NCBI GenBank assembly: GCA_963753435.1
Contig: CAVWCF010000001.1
Location: 224,001 to 288,000 of the forward strand
Length of the DNA stretch: 64,000 bases
Direction of reading: 5' to 3'
From: an uncultured Actinomycetota bacterium
Lineage (GTDB): Bacteria; Actinomycetota; Actinomycetes; CAVWCF01
The translations under genes and the position numbers were made by a program. The stretch's first letter is position 1; each line of letters starts with the position of its first letter. Shown one piece after another: positions 28,605 through 40,815 of the stretch. Under the pieces are notes generated by a model. That model was not told where the DNA came from, made no database searches, and saw only the letters and a list, made by a program, of their open reading frames with translations.

Positions 28605-29552
28605 TCATTCCCCTGCCAGCGTTTGCAGGCGCGTGCGCACCGCTTGGATCAGTTCGACCGGCTGCAGCACCCGCACGTTCGCGCCGTACCCGGTCAGTTC
28701 GTCGGCGAAGGCTTCCAGGTCGGGGTACTCCACACGCAGGTGCAATCTCGCGTCCTGGCCCGCCTCGTCCGGCACCACGGTCGACGCCCGCCGCTGCAGC
28801 GGCCAGGCGGCCTCCTTGCTCACGACGAGTTCGGCCACCCCTGGATTCGCCATCGGTCTAGTTGTCGACGCCAGATCGACACTCGCGGGAAGGTCGTAGC
28901 TGCCAGCTGCGCCATGTGCCATCGGGGGCCCGACAAGCCGGTTCAGCCGAAATACCCGCTGCGCGTTGCGGTCGACGTCCCAGGCCACCAGGTAGGAGGC
29001 GTGGGCGCGCAGCACGACCCGCCACGGCTGGACCGTGCGCTGATCAGCAGTGGTCGCGTCTACGCGTCGGTACTTGAAGCGGACTGGTTGGCGCCGATTC
29101 ACCGCGTCGGTCAAAGCCGGGACGTGCTCCCAGCCCTGCCCAAGAGCGAACCCCGCGTCGGGTAGGGCTGGGACCCCATCGGAGCCCGAGGCGACCTTCA
29201 AGGCCGCGGTCCGGGCGGCCGTTTCCGCGCCGGTGCTGCGCCACAGCGACGCTGCCACAGCTACGGCGGCGGCTTCGTCCGGGGTGAGTTCAATCGGTGG
29301 CAGCGTCAGCCCAGCCCAGTCGACGGTGTAGCCGACCTCGTTCTCGTCGGCCGGGTCCAAGGAGACCGTGTTCAGCGGCACACCCAGGTCGCGCAAGTCC
29401 TGCTTGTCGCGCTCGAACATGCGCTCAAACGCATCGTCGCTGGTGGCCTTGGTGTAGTCGTCGATGACCTGGCGCAGGCGGGCCTTGGTCGGGCGGGAGT
29501 GCTGCAGGATCAGCAGGAGTTGCAGCAGCCGCTCCGACTTGTCCCTGGCCAC
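28605..29552 (-). CDS. pafB: WYL-domain transcriptional regulator PafB
   Basis: KSERLLQL, AFERMFERDKQDLRDLGVP, RTVQPW...YLVAWD.DR...RVFRL.R. Confidence 0.92.
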   Translation of the reverse strand: MARDKSERLLQLLLILQHSRPTKARLRQVIDDYTKATSDDAFERMFERDKQDLRDLGVPLNTVSLDPADENEVGYTVDWAGLTLPPIELTPDEAAAVAVAASLWRSTGAETAARTAALKVASGSDGVPALPDAGFALGQGWEHVPALTDAVNRRQPVRFKYRRVDATTADQRTVQPWRVVLRAHASYLVAWDVDRNAQRVFRLNRLVGPPMAHGAAGSYDLPASVDLASTTRPMANPGVAELVVSKEAAWPLQRRASTVVPDEAGQDARLHLRVEYPDLEAFADELTGYGANVRVLQPVELIQAVRTRLQTLAGE

Positions 29553-29559
29553 GGCTGGC

Positions 29560-29925
29560 TCAGCCCACGTCCAGCAGGTCGATCACGAAGACGAGCGTCT
29601 TGCCCGAAAGCCGGTGCCCACCCCCGGCGGGGCCGTAGGCCAGGTGCGGCGGGATTACGAGCTGGCGTCGACCGCCCACCCGCATACCCGGGATGCCCTC
29701 CTGCCAGCCGGGGATCAGTTGTTGCAGGGGGAACCGGATCGGTTCGCCGCGGTTCCAGGAAGCATCGAACTCTTCCCCGGAGTCAAACTCGACGCCCAGG
29801 TAGTGAACGAGCACGACGGCGCCTGGTGTGGCCTCCGCGCCCTCCCCGACCACGAGGTCGGTGCTGACCAGGTCGGCAGGGGCATCGCCTTCAATGAAGT
29901 CAATCTCGGGACGCTGCAGTTCCAT
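29560..29925 (-). CDS. FKBP-type peptidyl-prolyl isomerase (cytoplasmic)
   Basis: VHYLG...EFDASWNRG, IPGWQEG..GM.VGGRR...IPPHLAYG, TLVFVIDLL. Confidence 0.93.
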   Translation of the reverse strand: MELQRPEIDFIEGDAPADLVSTDLVVGEGAEATPGAVVLVHYLGVEFDSGEEFDASWNRGEPIRFPLQQLIPGWQEGIPGMRVGGRRQLVIPPHLAYGPAGGGHRLSGKTLVFVIDLLDVG

Positions 29926-29934
29926 TGTCCGCTC

Positions 29935-30435
29935 CTAACCGACCGCTACGAGGTCAACGACGAAGACCAGGGTCTCCCCCGACAGCGGGTTGCCGCCACC
30001 GGCCGGGCCGTAGGCGGAATCCGGGGTGCAAACCAGTTCGCGGCGGCCGCCTTCGCGCATGCCCGGGATCCCGTCCTGCCAGCACGGAATCAGTCCGTCC
30101 AACGGGAAGGTCGCCGGCTCGCCACGCAGGAAGGAGGAGTCGAACACCTCACCGGTGGACCAAGTGACGCCGTGGTAGTCCACGGTCACCGTGTCTCCGG
30201 CTTGCGCTTCGGTGCCGTCCCCGACGGACAGGTCCTCCACGATCACCTCGGTCGGCGGGTCGCCCTGCGGCTGCTCGATCGTGGGTTCCTCACCAAAGCC
30301 GCCCGTCACCTCGGGGGCTGTGCCCACGGAAGTGGAGCCGCCCGCATCGTCGTTGTCGGTGGTGGAATCGCTGCTGCAGGCGGCCAGGCTCAGGGTGAAC
30401 GCTGCTGCGACTACAAGGGCGGCTGCGCGGCGCAT
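29935..30435 (-). CDS. FKBP-type peptidyl-prolyl isomerase, lipoprotein
   Basis: Lipobox LAAC; VDYHG...FDSSF.RG.P, SAYG, TLVFVVDLV. Confidence 0.9.
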   Translation of the reverse strand: MRRAAALVVAAAFTLSLAACSSDSTTDNDDAGGSTSVGTAPEVTGGFGEEPTIEQPQGDPPTEVIVEDLSVGDGTEAQAGDTVTVDYHGVTWSTGEVFDSSFLRGEPATFPLDGLIPCWQDGIPGMREGGRRELVCTPDSAYGPAGGGNPLSGETLVFVVDLVAVG

Positions 30436-30490
30436 TGGGACCTCCGGTTCGGGGCGGGCCGTCACCCTAACCGCAGCTGCACGCCCGTCC

Positions 30491-31852
30491 TCACATCGCC
30501 TCGATCAGGCGGGCCACCCGTTCGTCCACGCTTCGGAACGGGTCCTTGCACAGGACTGTCCGCTGGGCCTGGTCGTTGAGCTTCAGGTGGACCCAGTCCA
30601 CCGTGAAGTCGCGTCGCTTCTCTTGGGCGCGGCGGATGAAGTCGCCGCGCAACTTCGCCCGGGTCGTCTGGGGCGGGACCGACTTGGCTTGGTATACCGA
30701 CAGGTCCGTGCTGACTCGTTCGACCAGTCCGGATCGTTCCAGCCCGTAGTACAGGCTGCGGGCCCTGTTGATGTCGTGATAGGCCAGATCCAATTGGGCG
30801 ATGCGTGGGCTGGTCAACGGCAGTCCGTGCTTGTCTGCGTAGCGGTACAGCAGCCGGCGCTTGATCACCCAGTCGATCTCGCGCTGGACCAACTCGGGCT
30901 TGTCCTCAGCCACCGAGCGCAGCGTGCGCTCCCAAAGATCCAGCACCCGGCGGGTATTCGGCGAGTCGTCCCCGCGCCGGGCGACGAAGGCCTGAACCCG
31001 TTCCAGGTACTCCGTTTGGATGTCCAGGGCGGAAAGGTCCCGGCCGTTCACCAATCGAACTGTGCGCCGACCGGTGACGTCGTGGCTGATCTCGCGGATC
31101 GCCCGGATCGGGTTCTCCAGTGTCAGGTCGCGCATGCTGCCGCCGGACTCCAGCATGCGCAGCACCAGATCAGTGGCGCCCACCTTCAGCAGGGTCGTCG
31201 GTTCGGCCATCGACGAGTCGCCGACGATCACATGGAGTCTGCGGAAGCGCTCGGCGTCGGCATGCGGTTCGTCACGCGTGTTGATGATCGGCCGGGAGCG
31301 CGTGGTTGCCGAGCTGACGCCTTCCCAGATGTGCTCGGCGCGCTGGGACAGGCAGTAGACCGCTCCGCGGGGTGTCTGCAGCACCTTCCCGGCTCCGGTG
31401 ATCAACTGCCGGGTCACCAGGAACGGGATCAGGACCTCGGCGAGGCGACCGAAGTCGCCGGCGCGGGAGATGAGGTAGTTCTCATGGCACCCGTAGGAGT
31501 TACCGGCGGAGTCGGTGTTGTTCTTGAACAGATAGACGTCCCCAGGAACCCCCTCCTCGGCCAGCCGCCGTTCGGCATCGACCAGGAGTCCCTCCAATAT
31601 CCGTTCCCCGGCCTTGTCGTGAACGACCAGGTCAGTCAGGTCATCGCACTCCGGAGTGGCGTACTCGGGGTGACTGCCGACGTCGAGGTAGAGCCGGGCA
31701 CCGTTGCGTAGAAAGACGTTGCTGCTACGGCCCCAGGAGACCACGCGCCGGAAGAGGTACCGGGCGACTTCGTCGGGGCTGAGCCGTCGATGGCCGTGGA
31801 AGGCGCAGGTGACCCCGTACTCCGTTTCCAAGCCGAGGATTCGCCGGTCCAT
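30491..31852 (-). CDS. pafA: Pup--protein ligase
   Basis: [58 protein letters not shown]. Confidence 0.97.
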   Translation of the reverse strand: MDRRILGLETEYGVTCAFHGHRRLSPDEVARYLFRRVVSWGRSSNVFLRNGARLYLDVGSHPEYATPECDDLTDLVVHDKAGERILEGLLVDAERRLAEEGVPGDVYLFKNNTDSAGNSYGCHENYLISRAGDFGRLAEVLIPFLVTRQLITGAGKVLQTPRGAVYCLSQRAEHIWEGVSSATTRSRPIINTRDEPHADAERFRRLHVIVGDSSMAEPTTLLKVGATDLVLRMLESGGSMRDLTLENPIRAIREISHDVTGRRTVRLVNGRDLSALDIQTEYLERVQAFVARRGDDSPNTRRVLDLWERTLRSVAEDKPELVQREIDWVIKRRLLYRYADKHGLPLTSPRIAQLDLAYHDINRARSLYYGLERSGLVERVSTDLSVYQAKSVPPQTTRAKLRGDFIRRAQEKRRDFTVDWVHLKLNDQAQRTVLCKDPFRSVDERVARLIEAM

Positions 31853-31905
31853 GCGTCCAAGGTAGGCATACCCGGCGGCTGGCGCGCGCAGGCGCGGCGC
31901 AACGG

Positions 31906-32598
31906 CTAGCCGGAGAGCGCTGCGGCAACCTCCGCTTCGGTCAGCCGCCGGAACTTCCGGCGCTGGTCTCGGGTCCGGTCGAGGACAGCTGCCTCGATCA
32001 TCGTGGCGGGCACCGACCGCGGTTCCTCGGAGTCCCGACCCAGGGATTCCACTGCCAGCGCCACTGCCTGATTCAGCGTCATGCCCGCTGCGTAGGAGTC
32101 GGCCAAGACCGCGCTGATGGCCTCCGCGGACCCGCCCATGGCCACGTATCCGGCCTCGTCCCCGACGCTGCCGTCGAAGGTCAACCGGTACATCTGATCC
32201 CCAGTGGGATCCGCGCCGACTTCGGCGACGACGATCTCGACCTCGTACGGCTTGTTCGTCTCGGTGAAGATGGTGCCCAGTGTCTGCGCGTAGGCATTGG
32301 CAAGCGCGCGGCCGGTGACATCGGAGCGGTCGTAGGAGTAGCCGCGCAGGTCAGCCAAACGGACCCCGGCAACCCGCAGGTTCTCGAACTCGTTGTACTT
32401 GCCGACGGCTGCGAAGGCGATCCGGTCGTAGATCTCGGAGATCTTGTGCAAGGCGCTGGAAGGGTTCTCAGCGACGAAGCAGATGCCGTCCGCGTACTGC
32501 AGCACCACCACACTGCGGCCGCGGGCGATGCCTTTGCGCGCGTAGTCGGCCTTGTCCTTGATGATCTGCTCGGGAGAGACGTAGAACGGAATCGACAC
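31906..32598 (-). CDS. prcA: 20S proteasome alpha subunit
   Basis: [33 protein letters not shown]. Confidence 0.97.
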   Translation of the reverse strand: MSIPFYVSPEQIIKDKADYARKGIARGRSVVVLQYADGICFVAENPSSALHKISEIYDRIAFAAVGKYNEFENLRVAGVRLADLRGYSYDRSDVTGRALANAYAQTLGTIFTETNKPYEVEIVVAEVGADPTGDQMYRLTFDGSVGDEAGYVAMGGSAEAISAVLADSYAAGMTLNQAVALAVESLGRDSEEPRSVPATMIEAAVLDRTRDQRRKFRRLTEAEVAAALSG

Positions 32599-32607
32599 GG
32601 CTGCCTC

Positions 32608-33453
32608 TCAGTCCGAGATGGGTGCGTTGGGGCCGCCGGGCCGCTCGAACCGTCCGGAAACGACGTTTTCAACGGTTGCGGCCAGATCCGTGTCGGCCAC
32701 GCGGCGGTAGCCGTCGGCACTCACGACCGCCACGACCGGGTAGATGCGCCGAGTCATGTCCGGTCCGCCGGTAGCGGAGTCGTCGTCGGCGGCGTCGTAC
32801 AACGCGTGTACGCAGACGGCGATGGCCTCGTTCACGCTCAGGTCGTCCCGGTACAACTTCTTCAAGGAGCCGCGAGCGAAGAACGAGCCGGAGCCGACCG
32901 CGTGGAAGTCGTGCTCCTCGTACTTGCCGCCGGTTGCGTCGTAACTGAAGATGCGCCCGCCATCCGCACCCATGTCCCATCCGGCAAAGAGCGGCACGGC
33001 CACGAGGCCCTGCATCGCCAAGGCCAAGTTCCCCCGGATCAGCGAGGCGAGCCGGTTCGCCTTCCCCTCCAAGGACAGTGGCGTCCCCTCGATCTTCTCG
33101 TAGTGCTCCAGCTCGACTTGGAACAACCGGACCAGTTCCACCGCGATACCGGCGGTCCCGGCGATCCCTACGCAGGAGTACTCGTCGGCCGGGAAGACCT
33201 TCTCGATGTCCCGCTGGGCGATGATGTTGCCCATGGTGGCGCGCCGGTCGCCGGCCATCACGACCCCGCCGGGGTATGTCGCGGCCACGATCGTGGTCCC
33301 GTGCGGCACCTCCAACGGCCGCTCGGAGGTGCCCAGCGGGCGATTGGCCGGGAGCAGGTCCGGTGACTGCGCGGCCAGGAAGGCAGTGAAGCTGGAAGAG
33401 CCTGGGATCAGGTAGGCAGATGGCAGCCGCCCATCCGGCGTTCGGTTGCTCAC
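32608..33453 (-). CDS. prcB: 20S proteasome beta subunit
   Basis: Propeptide followed by PHG/TTIVA (catalytic Thr), [22 protein letters not shown]. Confidence 0.97.
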   Translation of the reverse strand: MSNRTPDGRLPSAYLIPGSSSFTAFLAAQSPDLLPANRPLGTSERPLEVPHGTTIVAATYPGGVVMAGDRRATMGNIIAQRDIEKVFPADEYSCVGIAGTAGIAVELVRLFQVELEHYEKIEGTPLSLEGKANRLASLIRGNLALAMQGLVAVPLFAGWDMGADGGRIFSYDATGGKYEEHDFHAVGSGSFFARGSLKKLYRDDLSVNEAIAVCVHALYDAADDDSATGGPDMTRRIYPVVAVVSADGYRRVADTDLAATVENVVSGRFERPGGPNAPISD

Positions 33454-33456
33454 CGA

Positions 33457-33672
33457 CTACTGCCCACCCTTCTGTACGAACTGGCGCACGAACTCCTCGG
33501 CGTTGGTCTCAAGCACCTCGTCGATCTCATCGAGGATGTCGTCCACCTCCGCGTCGAGGGCTTCCTTGTCTTCCACGCCGCTGGCGGCAGGCGCTTCGGT
33601 GGTCTCCTCGATTTCTTCTTCGGAACGGCCGTGCCGGTGCGAGGCGTGCTGTTGTCCACCGCTGCTGGCCAT
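33457..33672 (-). CDS. pup: Prokaryotic ubiquitin-like protein Pup (GGQ type)
   Basis: DDILDEIDEVLETNAEEFVRQFVQKGGQ C-terminus; GGGGAG SD. Confidence 0.97.
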   Translation of the reverse strand: MASSGGQQHASHRHGRSEEEIEETTEAPAASGVEDKEALDAEVDDILDEIDEVLETNAEEFVRQFVQKGGQ

Positions 33673-33721
33673 AGCCACTCCCCTCGTTCGCTGCACCTGA
33701 CCCTATAAGCCGACTCGCCTG

Positions 33722-35221
33722 TCAGCCCGTCAGCGCGGCCACCAGATCGGCGATGTCCGGCGACGTGTCCAGGATGGCTGCAACGTGCGCCTTCGTCCCC
33801 TTGGTGGGTTCCAGGGTTGGGATGCGCTGCAGTGCCGGTTGGCCTGGGACGTCGAAAATCACCGAATCCCAAGAGGCCGCGGTAACCGCCGGGCCGTACT
33901 GGGCCACGCAGCGACCCCGGAAGTACGCGCGAGTGTCCTCAGGCGGACTCGAAACAGCGTCCCGGATGGCCGCATCGTCAAGGAGCCTGCGCACCCGACC
34001 ACGCGCGGCCAGGCGGTGGTAAAGGCCCTTATCGGTCCGGACGTCCGCCCACTGCAAGTCGACCGCGTGCAGTCGCGCATGCGACCAGTCCAGGTCATCC
34101 CGGCGCCGATACCCATCCAGAATCGCCTTCTTGGCGACCCAGTCCAAGTCGCCGACCAAGCGATCCGGGTCGTCCTCCAACTTGGCGAGCACCGACTCCC
34201 ATTCGGTCATGACGGCAGCCGTTTCCGGGTCGACGTCGCTGCCGTAGCGCTCGGCCAGGTACTTGGTGGCTTGCTCCAGGTACTCCAGTTGGATCTGAAT
34301 TGCCGTCGCGGTTCGGCCGGAAGCCAACTCCAGCGGGTGGCGTAGCGAGGGATCGTGCGATACGCGATGAACCTCGTGAACCGGATTCGCCAGCATCACG
34401 TCTGCGGAGAAGAAGCCTTCTTCGATGAGGGTCAAGACCAACGCCGTGGTCCCCATCTTGAGGAACGAAGCGACCTCACACTGGTTGGCGTCGCCGATGA
34501 TGACATGCAGTCGGCGGTACTTCTCCGGGTCGGCGTGGGGCTCGTCGCGGGTGTTGATCAGTGGCCGCTTGAGCGTCGTCTCCAGCCCAACTTCGGTCTC
34601 GAAGAAGTCCGCGCGCTGAGACAACTGGAAGTCGTGCCGGGAGCCGTCTTGTCCCAGCCCGACCCGCCCGGCTCCGGCAAATACCTGGCGGGTGACCAGG
34701 AAGGGGGTCAGCACCCGGACGATGTCGGCGAATGCTGTGGCGCGCTTCATCAGGTAGTTCTCGTGCGTCCCGTAGGAGGCGCCCTTGTTGTCGGTGTTGT
34801 TCTTGTAAAGGTGGATCGCCGGTCCCCCACTGCTTTGCACCGCGGTGGCGGCCTCGGCCATCACGATCTCGCCGGCCTTGTCCCACCGGACGGCGTCCAG
34901 TGGCCCGGTCACTTCCGGCGTGGAGTACTCCGGGTGGGCGTGATCGACGTACAAGCGGGCACCGTTGGTCAGCACGAGGTTGGCAAGTCCGGTGTCTTCG
35001 TCGGTGAGCAGGGCCGGATCAGCGCCCTCGCGGGTCAGGTCGAATCCACGGGCGTCCCGCAGCGGACGTTCCTCCTCGTAGTCCCATCGCAGCGCGGCCT
35101 GATGGGCAACCGCGTAAGCGGTGACGATCCGGGTGCTGGCCGTCATGTGGTTGACGTCCGGCTGACCGGGCACGGAGATGCCGTACTCCGTTTCCAGGCC
35201 CATGACTCGGCGCGCTGTCAT
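33722..35221 (-). CDS. dop: Depupylase/deamidase Dop
   Basis: RRVMGLETEYG, NGARLYVDHAHPEYS, KNNTDNKGASYG.HENY, TRAYFRG, ASWDS. Confidence 0.96.
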   Translation of the reverse strand: MTARRVMGLETEYGISVPGQPDVNHMTASTRIVTAYAVAHQAALRWDYEEERPLRDARGFDLTREGADPALLTDEDTGLANLVLTNGARLYVDHAHPEYSTPEVTGPLDAVRWDKAGEIVMAEAATAVQSSGGPAIHLYKNNTDNKGASYGTHENYLMKRATAFADIVRVLTPFLVTRQVFAGAGRVGLGQDGSRHDFQLSQRADFFETEVGLETTLKRPLINTRDEPHADPEKYRRLHVIIGDANQCEVASFLKMGTTALVLTLIEEGFFSADVMLANPVHEVHRVSHDPSLRHPLELASGRTATAIQIQLEYLEQATKYLAERYGSDVDPETAAVMTEWESVLAKLEDDPDRLVGDLDWVAKKAILDGYRRRDDLDWSHARLHAVDLQWADVRTDKGLYHRLAARGRVRRLLDDAAIRDAVSSPPEDTRAYFRGRCVAQYGPAVTAASWDSVIFDVPGQPALQRIPTLEPTKGTKAHVAAILDTSPDIADLVAALTG

Positions 35222-35319
35222 GCGGCCAGAGTAGGGCGCAGGAGACGCTCCCGGCGTCGTGCACGCCCGGGGTGCCGGCCAAACCACTCCCCGGAGGGCA
35301 CGAATTACAGCCGGTACTC

Positions 35320-36984
35320 CTACAGGTACTGACCGGTGTTGGCGACGGTATCGATCGACCGCCCGGGCTCGGAGCCCTGTTTGGACTGCACCAGAGTTCG
35401 GATGAACACGATCCGTTCCCCCTTCTTGCCGGAGATGCGGGCCCAGTCGTCCGGGTTGGTCGTGTTGGGCAGGTCCTCGTTCTCCTTGAACTCATCCACG
35501 CACGCATCCAGCAGGTGTTGGACCCGGATGCCCTTCTGACCGGTGTCCAAGAAGTTCTTGATCGCGCTCTTCTTGGCCCGGGCGACGATGTTCTCCAGCA
35601 TCGCTCCGGAGTTGAAGTCCTTGAAGTACAGGACCTCCTTGTCACCGCCGGCGTAGGTGACCTCCAGGAAACGGTTCTCCTCGGACTCGGTGTACATACG
35701 CTCGACCGCCCGTTGGATCATCCCGGACACGGTGGCGTCGCGGTCCCCGCCGTGCTCGCCGAGGTCGTCTGGGTGCAGCGGTAGTTCCGAGATCAGGTAC
35801 TTGGACAAGATCTCGCGGGCGGCTTCGGCGTCGGGCCGCTCGATCTTGATCTTCACGTCCAGCCGACCGGGTCGCAGGATCGCGGGGTCGATCATGTCTT
35901 CACGGTTGGAAGCACCGATGACAATCACGTTTTCCAGGCCCTCGACGCCGTCGATCTCCGACAGCAACTGCGGCACGATGGTGTTCTCCACGTCGCTGGA
36001 AACACCCGAGCCGCGGGTTCGGAACAGCGCATCCATCTCGTCGAAGAACACGATCACCGGGTGCCCGCCGCTGGCCTTCTCCCGCGCCCGCTGGAACACC
36101 AGCCGGATGTGCCGTTCGGTCTCCCCCACGTACTTGTTCAGCAACTCCGGGCCTTTGATGTTCAGAAAGAAGGAGCGGGCCTCGGAGTGGCCTTCCCGTT
36201 CGGCGACGTTCTTGGCCAGGGAGTTGGCGACCGCTTTGGCGATCAAGGTCTTGCCGCATCCAGGCGGCCCATACAGGAGCACACCCTTTGGCGCAGCAAG
36301 TCGATGTTCGGCGAACAGGCCGGCGTGCAGGTAGGGCAACTCCACCGCGTCCCGGATCTGTTCGATCTGGCCGCTCAGCCCACCAATGTCGGCGTAATCA
36401 ATGTCCGGAACTTCCTCAAGGACCAGTTCCTCGACCTCAGCCTTGGGGATGCGCTCAAACGCGTACCCCGAACGGGAGTCGATCATCACCGAGTCGCCGG
36501 CCCGAAGCGTCGTGGGGTCGATCGTGTCCGCGAGGCGGATGACCCGTTCCTCGTCCGCGTGCGCAATGACCAGCGCCCGCTGCCGATCCTCGAGGATCTC
36601 CTTGAACATCACTACTTCGCCGACCTGCTCGAACTGCATGGCGGCGATCACGTTCATCGCTTCGTTGAGCATTACCTCCTGGCCGCGGCGCAGCTCATCG
36701 ACCTCGACCTCGGGACTGACGGCGACGCGTAGCTTGCGGCCCTGGCTGACCACGTCCACTGATTCGTCGTCGTGACGCTGCAAGAAGATTGCGAAGCCGG
36801 AGGGCGGCTGTGCGAGCTTGTCCACCTGCTCCTTGAGCGCCACGATCTGGTCACGCGCCTCGCGCAGGGTGTCGGCCAGCCGCCGGTTCTGCGCGGTCAC
36901 ATCTGCCAACTCGTTCTGCAGCGCGCTCAGTTGATCCGTGAGTCGTGCCTGGCGCGCGTCTGACCCCGGTTCGTCGGTCGCCAT
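35320..36984 (-). CDS. arc: Proteasome ATPase ARC/Mpa
   Basis: Coiled coil, OB domains, [21 protein letters not shown]-terminal GQYL. Confidence 0.97.
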   Translation of the reverse strand: MATDEPGSDARQARLTDQLSALQNELADVTAQNRRLADTLREARDQIVALKEQVDKLAQPPSGFAIFLQRHDDESVDVVSQGRKLRVAVSPEVEVDELRRGQEVMLNEAMNVIAAMQFEQVGEVVMFKEILEDRQRALVIAHADEERVIRLADTIDPTTLRAGDSVMIDSRSGYAFERIPKAEVEELVLEEVPDIDYADIGGLSGQIEQIRDAVELPYLHAGLFAEHRLAAPKGVLLYGPPGCGKTLIAKAVANSLAKNVAEREGHSEARSFFLNIKGPELLNKYVGETERHIRLVFQRAREKASGGHPVIVFFDEMDALFRTRGSGVSSDVENTIVPQLLSEIDGVEGLENVIVIGASNREDMIDPAILRPGRLDVKIKIERPDAEAAREILSKYLISELPLHPDDLGEHGGDRDATVSGMIQRAVERMYTESEENRFLEVTYAGGDKEVLYFKDFNSGAMLENIVARAKKSAIKNFLDTGQKGIRVQHLLDACVDEFKENEDLPNTTNPDDWARISGKKGERIVFIRTLVQSKQGSEPGRSIDTVANTGQYL

Positions 36985-37084
36985 CTCCGGCCTCCTCGCT
37001 GCCGCGTCGAATTGACCATACCGACGAGTAGCGGCTCGGGCGCGTTCCAGTTGGACGTGTCGTTGCGGCCGCTACGTCTGACGT

Positions 37085-39069
<1,985 letters not shown>

Positions 39070-39126
39070 GGCTCAACCGTATGCGCGCACGGGTCCTGTT
39101 GCCGGACACGTTGCGCTGGACGGGTC

Positions 39127-39148
39127 TGTCGGCACCCGTGGCTAGGGT
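39127..39148 (+). promoter_or_regulatory. PafBC-dependent (RecA-NDp-type) DNA-damage promoter
   Basis: TGTCGG-N10-TAGGGT; leaderless GTG follows 6 nt later at 39155. Confidence 0.75.
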
Positions 39149-39154
39149 CCCTGC

Positions 39155-40000
39155 GTGATCAGCTCGCTGTCTCCGTCCCGTGCCGCGGACTTCAAGCAGT
39201 GCCCGCTGCTGTACCGGTTCCGGGTCATTGACCGCATCCCGGAACCGCCCAGCCCTGCGGCCACCAGAGGCACGCTGGTTCATGCCGTGCTTGAGCAGTT
39301 GTTTGATGAACCGGGTCCGGAACGAACGCTGGAAACCGCCGCCGCAATGCTGGCGCCGGTATGGGGTCAGCTCCGCAGCGATGAGCCGCAATTGGCGGAT
39401 CTGTTCGCCGATCAGGCCACGGAGCAGGAGTGGTTGGCCAGCGCCGCCGATCTGTTGGCCGCCTACTTCGAGTTGGAGGACCCCGCCGCATTGGAGCCGG
39501 CCGAGCGCGAACTGTCCGTTGAGGCTGAACTCGATGACGGCCTGTTGCTACGGGGATTCGTGGATCGCCTCGACGTGGCCGCGGACGGGCGCACCCGAGT
39601 CGTTGACTACAAGACCGGGCGCTCGCCCAGGGACGGGTTCGAGACCAAGGCGATGTTCCAGATGCGGTTCTACGCATTGGTCCTTTGGCGCCAGACGGGG
39701 CGGGTACCAAGCCTCCTGCAACTCATGTATCTGGCCAACGGCGAGGTCCTGCGCTACGAACCGGATGAAGCCGACCTGCTGGCGACCGAGCGGCAGCTGC
39801 GCGCCATCTGGAACGCGATTCGGTCCGCGGAGGAGTCCGGTGACTTCCGGCCCAGCCCGTCGCGCCTTTGCGACTGGTGTGAGCACAAGGAACGGTGCCC
39901 GGCGTTCGGCGGCACGCCGCCGCCCATGCCGATCGCTCCCCCGACGGCCCCGAACGGCGACGATTCGCCGTCGCCCTATCTACCTGTGGAACAGATCTGA
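39155..40000 (+). CDS. RecB-family PD-(D/E)XK exonuclease with Fe-S cysteines (Rv2119-like)
   Basis: LSPSRAADFKQCP, GTLVH, GFVDRLD...VVDYKTG, Q..FY, LCDWC.....CP. Confidence 0.9.
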   Translation: MISSLSPSRAADFKQCPLLYRFRVIDRIPEPPSPAATRGTLVHAVLEQLFDEPGPERTLETAAAMLAPVWGQLRSDEPQLADLFADQATEQEWLASAADLLAAYFELEDPAALEPAERELSVEAELDDGLLLRGFVDRLDVAADGRTRVVDYKTGRSPRDGFETKAMFQMRFYALVLWRQTGRVPSLLQLMYLANGEVLRYEPDEADLLATERQLRAIWNAIRSAEESGDFRPSPSRLCDWCEHKERCPAFGGTPPPMPIAPPTAPNGDDSPSPYLPVEQI

Positions 40001-40064
40001 GTTAACCGCCGCTTCATCTGTGCGCAGTAAGGTTCGACGTTCACGCAACCACAGGGAGTCAGCC

Positions 40065-40814
40065 GTGGCGGACACGCTCGTACAGCCAGCCGTGAGAGCC
40101 GAGGCGCTAACGAAGGTGTACGGGTCCGGCGAGACCGAGGTAGTTGCGTTGGCGGGCGTAACCCTCAGCCTCGAGCAGGGCGGGTTCACCGCGATCATGG
40201 GGCCTTCCGGCTCCGGCAAGTCCACGTTGATGCACTGCCTAGCGGGGTTGGACCGCCCAACCGACGGTCAAGTGTGGGTGGGCGACGTGGCCTTGGTCGG
40301 ACTCAACGACAACGAGGTCACCAAGTTGCGTCGGGATCGGGTCGGGTTCGTGTTCCAAAGCTTCAACCTGGTGCCTACGTTGACAGCCGGGGAGAACATC
40401 ACCCTGCCACTGGACATCGCCGGTCGTGCCCCGGACCAGGAGTGGGTGGACACGGTCATCGCTGCGATCGGCCTCGGCGACCGCTTGGATCACCGGCCGT
40501 CGGAGTTGTCCGGGGGCCAGCAGCAGCGGGTCGCCTGTGCGCGCGCGCTCGCCAGCCGTCCTGACGTGATCTTTGCCGATGAGCCCACCGGCAACCTGGA
40601 CTCCCGTTCCGGCTTGGAAGTTCTGAAACTGTTGCGCCGCTCCGTAGATGAGCTGGGGCAAACCGTGGTCATGGTGACGCACGATGCCAACGCTGCAGCA
40701 CACGCGGATCGCGTCCTGTTCCTCGCCGACGGGCAACTCGTTCACTCGATCGACTCCCCTACTGCGGAGCAGATCTTGGAGCACATGCTGGTCCTCGACG
40801 GCGACGCAAACTGA
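40065..40814 (+). CDS. ABC exporter ATP-binding protein (MacB/LolD-like)
   Basis: GPSGSGKST, FQSFNL, LSGGQQQRV, ADEPTGNLD, MVTHD. Confidence 0.93.
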   Translation: MADTLVQPAVRAEALTKVYGSGETEVVALAGVTLSLEQGGFTAIMGPSGSGKSTLMHCLAGLDRPTDGQVWVGDVALVGLNDNEVTKLRRDRVGFVFQSFNLVPTLTAGENITLPLDIAGRAPDQEWVDTVIAAIGLGDRLDHRPSELSGGQQQRVACARALASRPDVIFADEPTGNLDSRSGLEVLKLLRRSVDELGQTVVMVTHDANAAAHADRVLFLADGQLVHSIDSPTAEQILEHMLVLDGDAN

Positions 40815-40815
40815 C

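Noticed and set aside
27677-29552. Tandem WYL genes as a phage-defence regulator or a novel system
   Set aside because: Sequence and position (after pafA, before tatA) identify them as housekeeping PafB and PafC.
39155-40000. Cas4-like nuclease suggesting CRISPR-Cas
   Set aside because: No cas1/cas2 or repeat-spacer array in the window; this is the conserved RecB-family gene near trmI.
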